The notes under the pieces: generated by a model
The model's input: only the letters and a program-made list of their open reading frames with translations
Databases searched by the model: none
What the model was told of the DNA's origin: nothing
Made by a program: the position numbers and the translations under genes
NCBI GenBank assembly: GCA_044347345.1
Contig: JBIKUX010000010.1
Location: 27,032-91,031, forward strand
Direction of reading: 5' to 3'
Length of the DNA stretch: 64,000 nucleotides
Origin: Bdellovibrionota bacterium
GTDB lineage: Bacteria; Bdellovibrionota_C; UBA2361; JBIKUX01
In this document: one piece after another, positions 39,505 through 49,489 of the stretch
How positions within the stretch are numbered: the stretch's first letter is position 1
Layout of the letters: each line of letters starts with the position of its first letter

Positions 39505-39759
39505 AAAATGAGATTTTATAGGATATAATGTTGTGATGGATTTTATTGTGTAGTTTGAGAAAGACGAATTATTTAGCATAGTACTAATACTTGAGCCCGA
39601 GAAAAAGTGTCAATAAAAGTAAGGCTAGCAAAGTTTTTTCCGATCCGAAAGAGATTAGTAACTGGCTAAAACTGTGTTTTCTTGGATTGCTCAAGAGTAA
39701 TCCCGGATCCCTCATGAGTGCTGGCATGAGCAATAATCGGTGAGTTTTGTTATCAATAA

Positions 39760-40503
39760 TTATTTGCTTGAGGGAGTATCATCAACAGCAAAAACAGTAC
39801 GTCCACTCTTGGTCACTGTGTGCAACGTTCCTTTGTCTACTTCCTCGCATAGTTCCCTGATTACCTCTTTTATTCTAACGGCACTAGCATGCATTGCTTC
39901 GGCAGTTTCGGGCGAAATTGACTCTGGAGATGCAGAAGTAATGAAATGTAAAGATCCTAGTACTACTCCTAAAGGATTATGAATTTCATGTTTAAGGGTG
40001 GTGAGAAGAGTACGAACAGTTTCATTTATTGCTTGATTAATAGCAGTTAGTTGAAGCTGTTTTCGTAATGCCGATCGCTCTAACATTCCGCAGATTAACG
40101 GACGAAGCAAAGGCTGACTCAAATCGCGTTTTGAGAGAAAAAAAGTTGCTCCTGCCTGAATGGCTTTACCTGGAAGCTCAGGAGACTCATCGGCACTCAT
40201 TATTAGAACAATTACATCATCAGTCTTGCCAGAATTTAAAATTGTACTTGAATTACCATCTGGAAGATGATGATCTATGATTACTAGATCGAAAGTATGT
40301 CCGTTTGTTAGTGCTCCCAACGCATCAGATACTGTTCGGCAGCCTACACTTCTTACTCCTGGAAACAGGCCTCGCAACCGTAGTTCCAATATTTTACGAT
40401 ACTCTTCATCATCATCAACTAGAAGAATATGATTGGGTTCTATGCCAGAGGGGATGTCTTGCAGTGTCAATGAATAATTACTGCTGCTCTCGTAAGAACT
40501 CAT
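39760..40503 (-). CDS. Receiver plus HisKA protein without ATPase domain
   Basis: LVDDD, IIDHHLPD receiver; KHEIHNPLG H-box; ends about 55 aa later. Confidence 0.82.
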   Translation of the reverse strand: MSSYESSSNYSLTLQDIPSGIEPNHILLVDDDEEYRKILELRLRGLFPGVRSVGCRTVSDALGALTNGHTFDLVIIDHHLPDGNSSTILNSGKTDDVIVLIMSADESPELPGKAIQAGATFFLSKRDLSQPLLRPLICGMLERSALRKQLQLTAINQAINETVRTLLTTLKHEIHNPLGVVLGSLHFITSASPESISPETAEAMHASAVRIKEVIRELCEEVDKGTLHTVTKSGRTVFAVDDTPSSK

Positions 40504-42304
40504 AGTATTTTCCTTGCTCTTTGAGTAGCTCATTTGGCGAGCCATGCTCAATAATTTTTCCGTTCTCCATTACTACCATGATATCTGCTCCTTTAATCGA
40601 AGAAAGACGATGTGCTATTAGCACGATGGTCACTTGAGAACGGAGGGAGTTTAAAACTTCTATAACTCCCTTTTCATTGGTTGCATCGAGAGCAGCAGTG
40701 GCTTCATCTAGAACAAGTAACCGAGGTGATTTTAGTAGAGCACGAGCTATGGCAAGCCTTTGTCGCTCTCCACCGCTTAGTATGTATCTTCCGGGACCAA
40801 GTTTAGTATCAAGCTGACTTGGTAGTGATCTAACTAACTCCTCAAGCCTCACTTGCTTTAGGGCATCCCATGCAGCTTCGTATGATATTGAGATGTTGTC
40901 ACCACGTAAATTCTCTATTAAAGATGTCGAAAAAATTCCCGGGGTTTGAGCGACGTAACCTAATTGTCTGCGAATCAGACTGAGATTCTTCGGTGAACAT
41001 TCCTCTCCGTCAAATGCAATTGAACCAGATGTGGGTGGGAGAAGTGTTAACATCACCTGGGCTAGAGTTGTTTTACCAGATCCAGATGCACCGATGATAG
41101 CGCAGAATTGTCCCGATTTTATTGATAAGGAAATGTCTTGTAATTGGTACCTCTCTGAAGCACTAGGTGAGAAAGTTTTAGAAGATTCTTGGGTAGCCCT
41201 CGGAAGGTAATAAAGGTGCCTACATTCTATCTTCATTCCATTTGACGAAAAAGGCGATTGTAAGACTGATAAAGATGAATCAGCGCAATTGGTAATTTCG
41301 ATACCCTTTTCAACTTCAGGGGGAGCCTCCAAAATTTCATTTAATCGGTCAAGAGCGGCATAAGATTGCACAAAGCTACCGTAACTTGTTGCAATAAACG
41401 ATAGTGATGAAGCTACTATAGCCCCATATAGAGCAAACTGAAGAAGAAGTCCCGGAGTAATAGTAGCCTTTGCTACAAAACTTAGTCCGATAATTACAAA
41501 TCCAATTAGCAAAATATTTAAAATAAATGGCATTAAAGATTGAAATAACGCACTTACTCGACTGCGTTTTTTTCCGGTTGTAGTGATTGTATCAAGAATT
41601 TTAAAGTATCGACTTAATTCGTAAGTTTCTAGTTGAAATATTTTAATCTCTGCGATGTTTTCCAGTGCTTCGCTTGCAATTTCAGTGGCGGTAGCTAAGT
41701 CTTTTTGTTGTGAGATTGAGTAGGATTTTAATGTACGTCCGAGAAACGCCGAAACACCAATAAAGGCAATCACACAGCCCAAAAGTCCTAGTGTTAATAT
41801 AGGAGATACTATCACCATACATAAAAGACCGGCTATTACTTGGATCGTATAACGTAAAACTACTGACAATCTGGTTCCAATAGCATCACGAATCAGCAGT
41901 GTATCGCTGTGCAATCTGTTAATAAGATCACTTGGTGGAGTTTTTTGAGATATTGAAACTGGTAGTGCGAGAAGATGAGCAAAGACTTTGTTTTGTAAAT
42001 CACGAGTAACTAGTTGACTGAGCATTCCGAAAGCAAAGGTGCGGCAGAAAAACATACAGCCCTGCACTGCAAGAAGAAGTATAAGACTCATCCAGATTGA
42101 TGAAGGGATTGCTACAGTCTTTTCCGAACTCATCTGATCCACAATCGATCTAGCAAGGCCAGGGAAGATTAAATTTGTAGCTACTCCGCCTAAAAGTGCA
42201 AGAATCCCGATAGTGACATAGCTTAGATAACCTAGGCAGAGAGAAAGCACGCCTCTAAAAGAGCCGAGTACTGGGTTTGTTTTTTGTTGAGAGTAAACAT
42301 TCAT
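40478..42304 (-). CDS. ABC exporter, fused TMD and NBD (MsbA/MdlB-like)
   Basis: GASGSGKT, LSGGERQR, LDEATAALD, IAHRLS; multi-TM N-terminus. Confidence 0.95.
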   Translation of the reverse strand: MNVYSQQKTNPVLGSFRGVLSLCLGYLSYVTIGILALLGGVATNLIFPGLARSIVDQMSSEKTVAIPSSIWMSLILLLAVQGCMFFCRTFAFGMLSQLVTRDLQNKVFAHLLALPVSISQKTPPSDLINRLHSDTLLIRDAIGTRLSVVLRYTIQVIAGLLCMVIVSPILTLGLLGCVIAFIGVSAFLGRTLKSYSISQQKDLATATEIASEALENIAEIKIFQLETYELSRYFKILDTITTTGKKRSRVSALFQSLMPFILNILLIGFVIIGLSFVAKATITPGLLLQFALYGAIVASSLSFIATSYGSFVQSYAALDRLNEILEAPPEVEKGIEITNCADSSLSVLQSPFSSNGMKIECRHLYYLPRATQESSKTFSPSASERYQLQDISLSIKSGQFCAIIGASGSGKTTLAQVMLTLLPPTSGSIAFDGEECSPKNLSLIRRQLGYVAQTPGIFSTSLIENLRGDNISISYEAAWDALKQVRLEELVRSLPSQLDTKLGPGRYILSGGERQRLAIARALLKSPRLLVLDEATAALDATNEKGVIEVLNSLRSQVTIVLIAHRLSSIKGADIMVVMENGKIIEHGSPNELLKEQGKYYEFLREQQ

Positions 42305-42560
42305 ATAAGTTGAGCGGATACAGCACTAAGTCTTCTCATGCAAGAGTTACAACATTGTTTTTAGTAGTTATCACCGTATTCTTTTTTAGATACACTACAC
42401 ACCATAGAATGTTACGTAAACTAAGGAGATAATCACAAGAAAGCACTTAAATGCTGATATTTAGGAAATATAAATCAGATTACATTTCCTTTTACTTTTT
42501 ACAAATTCAGTTTTTCCAACCAGCATTTACTCTTAAACAGCGGCTTAATAAAACACCGTA

Positions 42561-44063
42561 ATGATGAAAAAGCTTCAATATAAATCCATCCTTCCAGAAC
42601 GTCTTGGCGATATATGTAACCATCCCATTATCCTGAGGATTCTTGAATCATTAGGTCAAAATCTTCCCCCTCAATACTGTTATCACTCCGTCGAGCATTC
42701 GATAGAAGTACTTAGAGATAGTGTTAGCTACGCTTTTTTGGATGGTGTTTCAGAGAAAGAAATTCAGTTAATAGCCATAGCTGCTGCTTATCATGACTCC
42801 GGATTTCTTCTTAGTGCCCACAATCATGAAGAAGAGAGTGTTCGCCTTGTTATGGAAGCACTTTCACTGGAACAGGAGTGGAGCCCTACGGATCAAGCAA
42901 CAATATGTCAGATCATCTTGGATACTAAGGTAGTTCAGCCTACTGAAAAATATTGGAAACCACCAAAGCATCCACTTTCTCGCTATGTTCTTGATGCTGA
43001 TGTTAGTAATCTCGGCCAGTCAAATTTTTTAGACAAGACCGAACTTATTTGTCGGGAGATAGGAGCAGAGAGAGAGAACTTTTTGCGTCAAGCTCTAAGT
43101 TTTATTGAAAGACATCGGTGGTATACTTTACCCGCCAAACAATTACTTCAGTCGGTTAAAGAGCAGAATATTCAGGCTTTACGAAATTTACTAGGAGTTA
43201 ATCGTCCAATATTAAAAGGTTCAGACTCACTCTTAAAAGTAGTAACAGAAGAACTTAGATTTCCTGTCCGGTTTATCGCTGGAACTTTGAGCATTCTAGA
43301 TTCTCTTAAATCGATATTTAATGGGCAACAAGTAGCATTGCATCTTTTTACAGGGAGTGGAGCTGCTGTTTCTATTAGTGTTATCGGGCACCAGAGGTTA
43401 GCGAATATGCCGGTTGTGAGGTCTGAGTTAGCATCATCACAGATTATTCGACCTATTAGTTGTATTTATTCATTAGATGGTGAATTCGCTGGGTGTGAAG
43501 TTATTACTGCGCCACTAGCACCGTTTTCTATGGATTGTAGTGGGATTCTTGAGATCATAGGCAATGCTTCAGAAAATTACGAAGAGTCACATTTATTGGT
43601 TCTAGAAAATATTGCCGAGCGAATTTGTCTTACATTAACCGCATTTTTTCAGGGGATAGAGGGAGAGCATAGACGAGGTCTAACTGATAATAAAACGATC
43701 ACCGTAAAGGAAAATAAGATTTTAAGTTCTTGGGGTAAAAATCTGTTACGGGCTCCACTTGTAAAGAATAATTTTTGCAGTATTGCCGCTGTTGCTATGC
43801 TTGAGTCGATTATCTTGACGAATATGTTTACATTGAAAAATTCTCAGGCTAGCCAGGAGCCAAATAGTGGCTTGATAGTTAGTCTCCAGTGTGAAAATTC
43901 GACTGATGAACCTAAGCCAGGTCGGAAATCATATATGGGATTGGAAGGGAATAACGTGGTTCCACTTTTTAATCAAGATGATTGGGAACTCTTTTTGTTA
44001 GGCTCATATTTAAAAATTACTCAGTGTAACAGGCAAATTGAGATTAACTGTTGTCTTCCATAA
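42561..44063 (+). CDS. HD-domain protein with uncharacterised C-terminus
   Basis: YHSVEHS, AAAYHDSG, HEE.S, LDADVSNLG. Confidence 0.75.
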   Translation: MMKKLQYKSILPERLGDICNHPIILRILESLGQNLPPQYCYHSVEHSIEVLRDSVSYAFLDGVSEKEIQLIAIAAAYHDSGFLLSAHNHEEESVRLVMEALSLEQEWSPTDQATICQIILDTKVVQPTEKYWKPPKHPLSRYVLDADVSNLGQSNFLDKTELICREIGAERENFLRQALSFIERHRWYTLPAKQLLQSVKEQNIQALRNLLGVNRPILKGSDSLLKVVTEELRFPVRFIAGTLSILDSLKSIFNGQQVALHLFTGSGAAVSISVIGHQRLANMPVVRSELASSQIIRPISCIYSLDGEFAGCEVITAPLAPFSMDCSGILEIIGNASENYEESHLLVLENIAERICLTLTAFFQGIEGEHRRGLTDNKTITVKENKILSSWGKNLLRAPLVKNNFCSIAAVAMLESIILTNMFTLKNSQASQEPNSGLIVSLQCENSTDEPKPGRKSYMGLEGNNVVPLFNQDDWELFLLGSYLKITQCNRQIEINCCLP

Positions 44064-44152
44064 GAAGTTTAATTTGGTTTAGAGGAACCTTGGCTCGCAT
44101 TAAGTAAAGAAGTATCATGACTTCTACAGCCTAGGATAATTGTCGATAGTTT

Positions 44153-45367
44153 ATGAATTCCGCCTCCTCTTCAACATTTTTATCACAGCGAGCGAGACTA
44201 ACCCCTTCATCTCCGATAAGGAAGTTATCGTCCTTGGCTGACAGAGCAAAAATGTCTGGGATTAAAGTTCATCACCTAAACATAGGTCAGCCAGACTTAA
44301 GGTCTCCATCATTTTTTTTAGATGCCCTGCGTTCGTATAATCCTTCGGTTTTAGCATATGAAACTTCTCAGGGTTCAAGCAGACTGCGCAAGGCTTGGGC
44401 ATCTTATATCCAGAGGACTTTGGGATTGTCGCTGAATCCAGAGCATTTTCTCATAACTATGGGAGCGAGTGAGGCGCTAATTTTCGTGTTTATGTTATGC
44501 GCTGACCCCGAAGATGAGATTTTAGTGTTCGATCCTACTTATGCAAACTATATAGGTTTTGCTGCAATATCTGGAGTTAAACTTCAACCTGTACCCTGCG
44601 ATCTTGAAAATGGGTTTGCTCTTCCAGATAGAGCTCAGATAGTAGCGCGTATCAAAAGTAAAACACGAGCTATCTTGCTTTCTAATCCAAATAATCCCAC
44701 CGGTACGGTTTACAGCAGTGAAGATCTCAAATTGTTGTTGGACTTGTGCGATGAATTTAATCTGTTTTTAATTGTTGATGAAGCTTATCGAGAATTCGTA
44801 TACGACGGCCTAAAGCCCCTATCTGTATTTCATTTAGCTTCAAATAATCCTCGCGTGATTGTTATTGATAGCCTTTCTAAGCGCTTTTCTCTTTGTGGTG
44901 CAAGAATTGGTGCTCTTATAACCGTCAATGAGCTTGTTATGACTGCTGCCGTATCTCTTGCTTCAGCTCGACTTGCAGCTCCTTCTGCCGAGCAGTTTGC
45001 TGCAACAGTGCTTTTTGAGCAAATTCATTCAGATTATGTTGAAGAGAGCCGCAGTATCTATGATAAACGACGGTTACTTCTCTTTAGTCTTTTAAGCGAT
45101 GTTCCGGACATTGAGTTCGTTCGACCACAGGGTGCTTTTTATTCTCTTGTCCGTTTGCCGGTGCAGAGTGGTGAAGAGTTTGCTCGATTTTTACTGTCTG
45201 ATTTTTCGTACAGAGGTGCCACAACCTTTCTTGCTCCAGCTGAGGGATTTTTTTTAGAGAATGAACGCGGAGCTCAAATGGTAAGAATTGCTTATATCCT
45301 TAATGAAGAAGATATTAGGTCTGCAGTCGAAATACTTATGGTAGCTTTGGCTAAGTTTAAGAATTAA
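44153..45367 (+). CDS. Class I/II PLP-dependent aminotransferase
   Basis: NIGQPD, NPNNPTG, DEAYREF, SLSKRFSLCGARIG. Confidence 0.95.
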   Translation: MNSASSSTFLSQRARLTPSSPIRKLSSLADRAKMSGIKVHHLNIGQPDLRSPSFFLDALRSYNPSVLAYETSQGSSRLRKAWASYIQRTLGLSLNPEHFLITMGASEALIFVFMLCADPEDEILVFDPTYANYIGFAAISGVKLQPVPCDLENGFALPDRAQIVARIKSKTRAILLSNPNNPTGTVYSSEDLKLLLDLCDEFNLFLIVDEAYREFVYDGLKPLSVFHLASNNPRVIVIDSLSKRFSLCGARIGALITVNELVMTAAVSLASARLAAPSAEQFAATVLFEQIHSDYVEESRSIYDKRRLLLFSLLSDVPDIEFVRPQGAFYSLVRLPVQSGEEFARFLLSDFSYRGATTFLAPAEGFFLENERGAQMVRIAYILNEEDIRSAVEILMVALAKFKN

Positions 45368-45391
45368 TCTCCTATTTAAACAGGAAAAAAT

Positions 45392-46219
45392 GTGACTAGG
45401 TATATTTTAAATAGTTGCCGTAATTTGCAGATAAGCTCATTGCCAGGATTGCTTATTGTTGTTTTTCTCACTGGTTGTGCAATCTCTGGCCCCCCTTTAA
45501 AACCTACTAGTGACGAGCTATGGGATCCATTTGAGCCAGTTAATAGGGGAACTCATGCTTTAAACACAACTCTTGATGAGTATATTTTAGAACCAGTAGC
45601 TCGAGGTTATGAGTACGTGATTCCTGAGAGCGTTCAAGGCAGTATACGAAATGTTTTTGATACATTTAGGTATCCGTCGTTTCTTGTTAGTGATGTGTTT
45701 CAGTTTAAATTTACACAAGCTGCCTGTCATACAGGACGATTTCTTGTTAACGCTACAATCGGCGTATTAGGGATTTTTGATGTAGCTACAGATTGGGGTT
45801 TACCTAGGCATTATGAAGATTTTGGAATAGCTTTAGCTTTTCATGATATACCACCCGGACCTTATGTTGTTCTTCCGTTATTTGGGCCTAGCACCGTACG
45901 AGACGCCTTAGGAAGAATTGTAGATGGATTTTTAGATCCTTTTAATATTTTTATAGTCTCGGATATTGGAGGAAGTAGCGTAAGAGACGCCTCTTTGGGA
46001 GCGCAAATTTTATGGGTTGTGCAGACACGATCTGATCTTATTGAGGCGGTGAAAACAGCTAAAGCTGCTGGCATTGATTACTACAACACTATGCAATCGG
46101 GTTATTATCAGTACAGACAAGGAGTATTGTACGATGGAGAGGTGCCTTCTTCAGATGAAGAGATAAATGAGGACTTTACATCTGATGACGAGCTTGGTAG
46201 CTCAACCCCTAAAAATTAA
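45392..46219 (+). CDS. mlaA: MlaA/VacJ lipoprotein
   Basis: LTGC lipobox, DPFEPVNR, RFLVNATIG, EDFG, GPYVVLPLFGPSTVRD. Confidence 0.93.
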   Translation: MTRYILNSCRNLQISSLPGLLIVVFLTGCAISGPPLKPTSDELWDPFEPVNRGTHALNTTLDEYILEPVARGYEYVIPESVQGSIRNVFDTFRYPSFLVSDVFQFKFTQAACHTGRFLVNATIGVLGIFDVATDWGLPRHYEDFGIALAFHDIPPGPYVVLPLFGPSTVRDALGRIVDGFLDPFNIFIVSDIGGSSVRDASLGAQILWVVQTRSDLIEAVKTAKAAGIDYYNTMQSGYYQYRQGVLYDGEVPSSDEEINEDFTSDDELGSSTPKN

Positions 46220-46378
46220 TAAAGCTAGCTTTCTTTTTGGTGAAACAACATGTTGTCTTTAGTTATAAAGTAGTTATTGGGTTTAACTTAACTTTTATTA
46301 TTGATCGGTCGATCAAAATAAAGACCGAATACAGAGCCTGTCTCCTGAGTAAGAAAAGGTAATTATTCTAATTTATTT

Positions 46379-46801
46379 ATGTTAATCTGTAACTTTAAGA
46401 TTCTTATTGTAGATGACCATCCTCAAGCTCGGGATCTAATTAGGTCTATTTTGCGTCATGCGGGATTTAACTGTAGTTTGGCAGATAATGGCAGAGTCGC
46501 CTTAGCAAAATTAAAGTCAGAACATTTTGATTTAGTAATTTGTGATTGGGTTATGCCTGACCTCAAGGGCATAGATGTTCTTCGTCAGATTAGAGCTGAC
46601 GAACAACTAAAAGGTATGCCTTTCGTACTTTTAACGGCTGAGGCTACAAAAGATAAAGTTCATAGTGCCATCGAAGCAGGGACTACTGATTATATTATTA
46701 AGCCTTTTAATGCTGATACTTTAATAGCTAAACTCAGAGGTATAATTGAAAAAATTGCTCCAGAATTAGTAACGGAAATAAAACGACCAGATGAAGTTTG
46801 A
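46379..46801 (+). CDS. Single-domain response regulator (CheY-like)
   Basis: VDDH, CDWVMP, LTAEA, YIIKPF. Confidence 0.92.
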   Translation: MLICNFKILIVDDHPQARDLIRSILRHAGFNCSLADNGRVALAKLKSEHFDLVICDWVMPDLKGIDVLRQIRADEQLKGMPFVLLTAEATKDKVHSAIEAGTTDYIIKPFNADTLIAKLRGIIEKIAPELVTEIKRPDEV

Positions 46802-46862
46802 TTAGAAGTTAACTTTATTTAGCTCATTCGTTCTGGAGAACGAATTAAAATTACTCTATCGT

Positions 46863-47306
46863 TTGAAGAGTAATATATTTGCAGGAGAATCAGTTGTGGG
46901 AGTAAAAAGTTCTGGTGAGTATTTAGGAGAAAAAAAAGTTCGATTAACACATCTCGAATCAGGAGCTCAAGTTATTACAGTAGCGCCAAAAGATAATAAT
47001 GGTGACGGCTCACTATTCTCTCCTACTGATTTAGTAGCATCTGCACTAGGGAGTTGTATGATGACGGTTATGGCTATAGCCGCAGAGCGCAAGGGGATAA
47101 GTCTAACAACAGGTAGATTTCTTGTTGAGAAAACTATGCAAACTTCTCCAAGAAGAATAAAGAGACTAGATTTAAGGTTTGAACTACCCAGTAGTCTAAG
47201 CAGCGATGATCGTATGTTTCTTGAAGCTGCAGCTAATTCCTGTCCAGTTCATCACTCGCTACATTCTGACATAGAATGTGTTATTTTATTCTCCTACACT
47301 TTGTAG
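46863..47306 (+). CDS. OsmC family protein
   Basis: FSPTDL...LGSC and CPVHHSL; start may be slightly downstream. Confidence 0.9.
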   Translation: MKSNIFAGESVVGVKSSGEYLGEKKVRLTHLESGAQVITVAPKDNNGDGSLFSPTDLVASALGSCMMTVMAIAAERKGISLTTGRFLVEKTMQTSPRRIKRLDLRFELPSSLSSDDRMFLEAAANSCPVHHSLHSDIECVILFSYTL

Positions 47307-47325
47307 TAACGCTTATAAATTAACG

Positions 47326-47365
47326 AAAAAGCCAATCATACCTTGTTTTAAGGAATGATTGGCTT
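47326..47365. terminator. Likely intrinsic terminator between convergent genes
   Basis: AAGCCAATCAT-A-CCTT pairs with AAGG-A-ATGATTGGCTT; the A-run gives a U-tract on the minus strand. Confidence 0.75.
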
Positions 47366-47435
47366 GTTACCAAAATTTGGTGTCGATTTTATTTAACCGA
47401 CACCAAATGACTAGCTTTTATCTAGTGCATATATT

Positions 47436-49040
47436 TTATCTAGTACACTGGACAGTTGAGTCAGGGATAGTACTTGAGAAGGCTAATGCCTCATCAAGGC
47501 GCATCTTAGCCATTGTATCAACCCGACTCGCAGCACTTAATCCACGTTTAGTTCCTAGTTTCCTTAGTCGTTTGCTTACAGAGCCACTTACGGTGTTTAT
47601 TTTATCTGTAGCATCAACATAATTAGCTGTCTTTACAGTAAGATCCTGAAGTGTACAGTTAGAAGATAGCGTACCTGTACATTGTGTAATGAACTGAGGA
47701 TATGACCAGGAAATGGACCAGGCTACTAAGAACTGATCTTCCGCTGATTTCTTAGCTTCGTCAGCGAAAGCATAAATAGCGTTTCGTCTTTTTCGGGGTA
47801 AGCCTCTTGCTAGCAATTTGAGCCTCTGAGTGCCGTATTTTACTACTTCATATAAACCGGCGGCACCTCCATCGAGAGCAAAAAGGTTGTTGGTGAATTC
47901 CTGTGTTGTACATGAAGACGAGTTTACTGTTGGTGTTGGAGTTGGTGTAACTGTAGTTCCGCAACTAATCTGAGCCCCCCAAAGTGTACCAGTACAATCT
48001 ATTGGACACCAATCAGTTATACCCTTATTGAGGAGTATGAAGCTACTAAGTGTGGAACCAGCTGTAGATGGAGCGAGCCAGTTAGTTAGATAACCTGCGC
48101 TATCATAGGCTGTTTGGAGTCCGTTAAATCCCCATATCCAAGCTCCGATTTTTGGTGTAGACCCGTTGGGATTATTTGCACCTCCCCCTATATCGATACC
48201 TTTCCAGTTTCTTACACCGGGGTAATCGGGAACATTATTAATAAGGGGCTTTGCATCAATAATTACTGTAAAAACTCGAAGTTGAAGGCCATTAAGCGGA
48301 CTACCTGAAACGTTATCTACGATGTCCTCAACAGCTACTCTTCTTGGTAACTTAAGACCAGTTGACCAAACTCCAGTATGAAAATTAGCTGGAGGATTCA
48401 GTGTCGTTACAATTCGGTCAGCAGGAAGCCCATCACTGCCAGAAGGATTTGTGTAAGCATTGCCGTACCGCCAGCTATCCAAGATACCATTAGCTGTTCC
48501 GTTGTAGGCATATGCTGTCAGAATAGGAGCGGCTATGCTTTTTGAAGCATCAACGTACACAACAGCCCATTCACCTGATTGAGATGGGTTCGATCCGCTG
48601 TTAATTACAAAAGCCATCCCTTCTGGGAAGCGACCATTCAAACGAGGATATTTTACTTGAAGGTAGAATTCTTTTTGAAAGGAATTATAGTAAGTTTCTA
48701 CGTAAACCGGGCGAGCTGAGCCAGTTGAAGTGCATAGTGATGAGTCTCCAGACTCTGAGTTATAACAAGGAACCCCATTCGGATTTTGCATAAAAAAAGT
48801 GTATTGGTAACCTGCTGCAACATTCCATGACTCAGGATTACCCTTTGTTCCAACTTGCGCTTCTGCCTCGTGTGATAGGGGTAGGAAGTTAATTGTGTTT
48901 AGGAATGGCACATTGGTAACTGTACCGATGGATACAATTGCGAATGCCACTAAACAAATTAACTTGGAGCAAGTTAACCTAGATGCGTGAACTGACCTAC
49001 TTATTAGCGTTGCTCGCTTACATTTCATTTTTATCCCCAC
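47436..49040 (-). CDS. Secreted modular protein with Thr-Pro linker and Cys-containing C-terminal domain
   Basis: Signal-like N-terminus ending AEA-Q, G/N/S/W-rich domain, TPTPTPT linker, basic helical C-terminal domain. Confidence 0.8.
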   Translation of the reverse strand: MGIKMKCKRATLISRSVHASRLTCSKLICLVAFAIVSIGTVTNVPFLNTINFLPLSHEAEAQVGTKGNPESWNVAAGYQYTFFMQNPNGVPCYNSESGDSSLCTSTGSARPVYVETYYNSFQKEFYLQVKYPRLNGRFPEGMAFVINSGSNPSQSGEWAVVYVDASKSIAAPILTAYAYNGTANGILDSWRYGNAYTNPSGSDGLPADRIVTTLNPPANFHTGVWSTGLKLPRRVAVEDIVDNVSGSPLNGLQLRVFTVIIDAKPLINNVPDYPGVRNWKGIDIGGGANNPNGSTPKIGAWIWGFNGLQTAYDSAGYLTNWLAPSTAGSTLSSFILLNKGITDWCPIDCTGTLWGAQISCGTTVTPTPTPTVNSSSCTTQEFTNNLFALDGGAAGLYEVVKYGTQRLKLLARGLPRKRRNAIYAFADEAKKSAEDQFLVAWSISWSYPQFITQCTGTLSSNCTLQDLTVKTANYVDATDKINTVSGSVSKRLRKLGTKRGLSAASRVDTMAKMRLDEALAFSSTIPDSTVQCTR

Positions 49041-49489
49041 TGATTGCTCTACACCTTTATACTGGCATCACACCTTAGTGCTAATGTTAGTTTATGCCTT
49101 GTTACTTCTATTTTTCCACCTTTGATAAATTAGATACATAGATAGCTTCTCCAGTTACTTATATCATCTTTATCAAGTATTTTTCTATAACTACCTCAAG
49201 GATTAACTTCTTTAAAAGCTTAGTAAGTATAGTTTTTCTAGTTTTTTAAAGTTTTAAAATTAAAGACATCTCAATCACAGTAACACGACCTACTTTTCTC
49301 TTCCCTTGTCGATTACTTTCACTCTCCTGGTTCAGAACTGTTGTCTACCGAGAGATATCATAAGTTCCTCGTCAGGAGATGCATAAAACAATTGTAAGGC
49401 TACACTTAATTTAAGTAATTAAAAAGTCACAATTAAATTCATAAACTTCTTGATTAAATTTAACTTTGTTCTATAGATCCAACTATATC

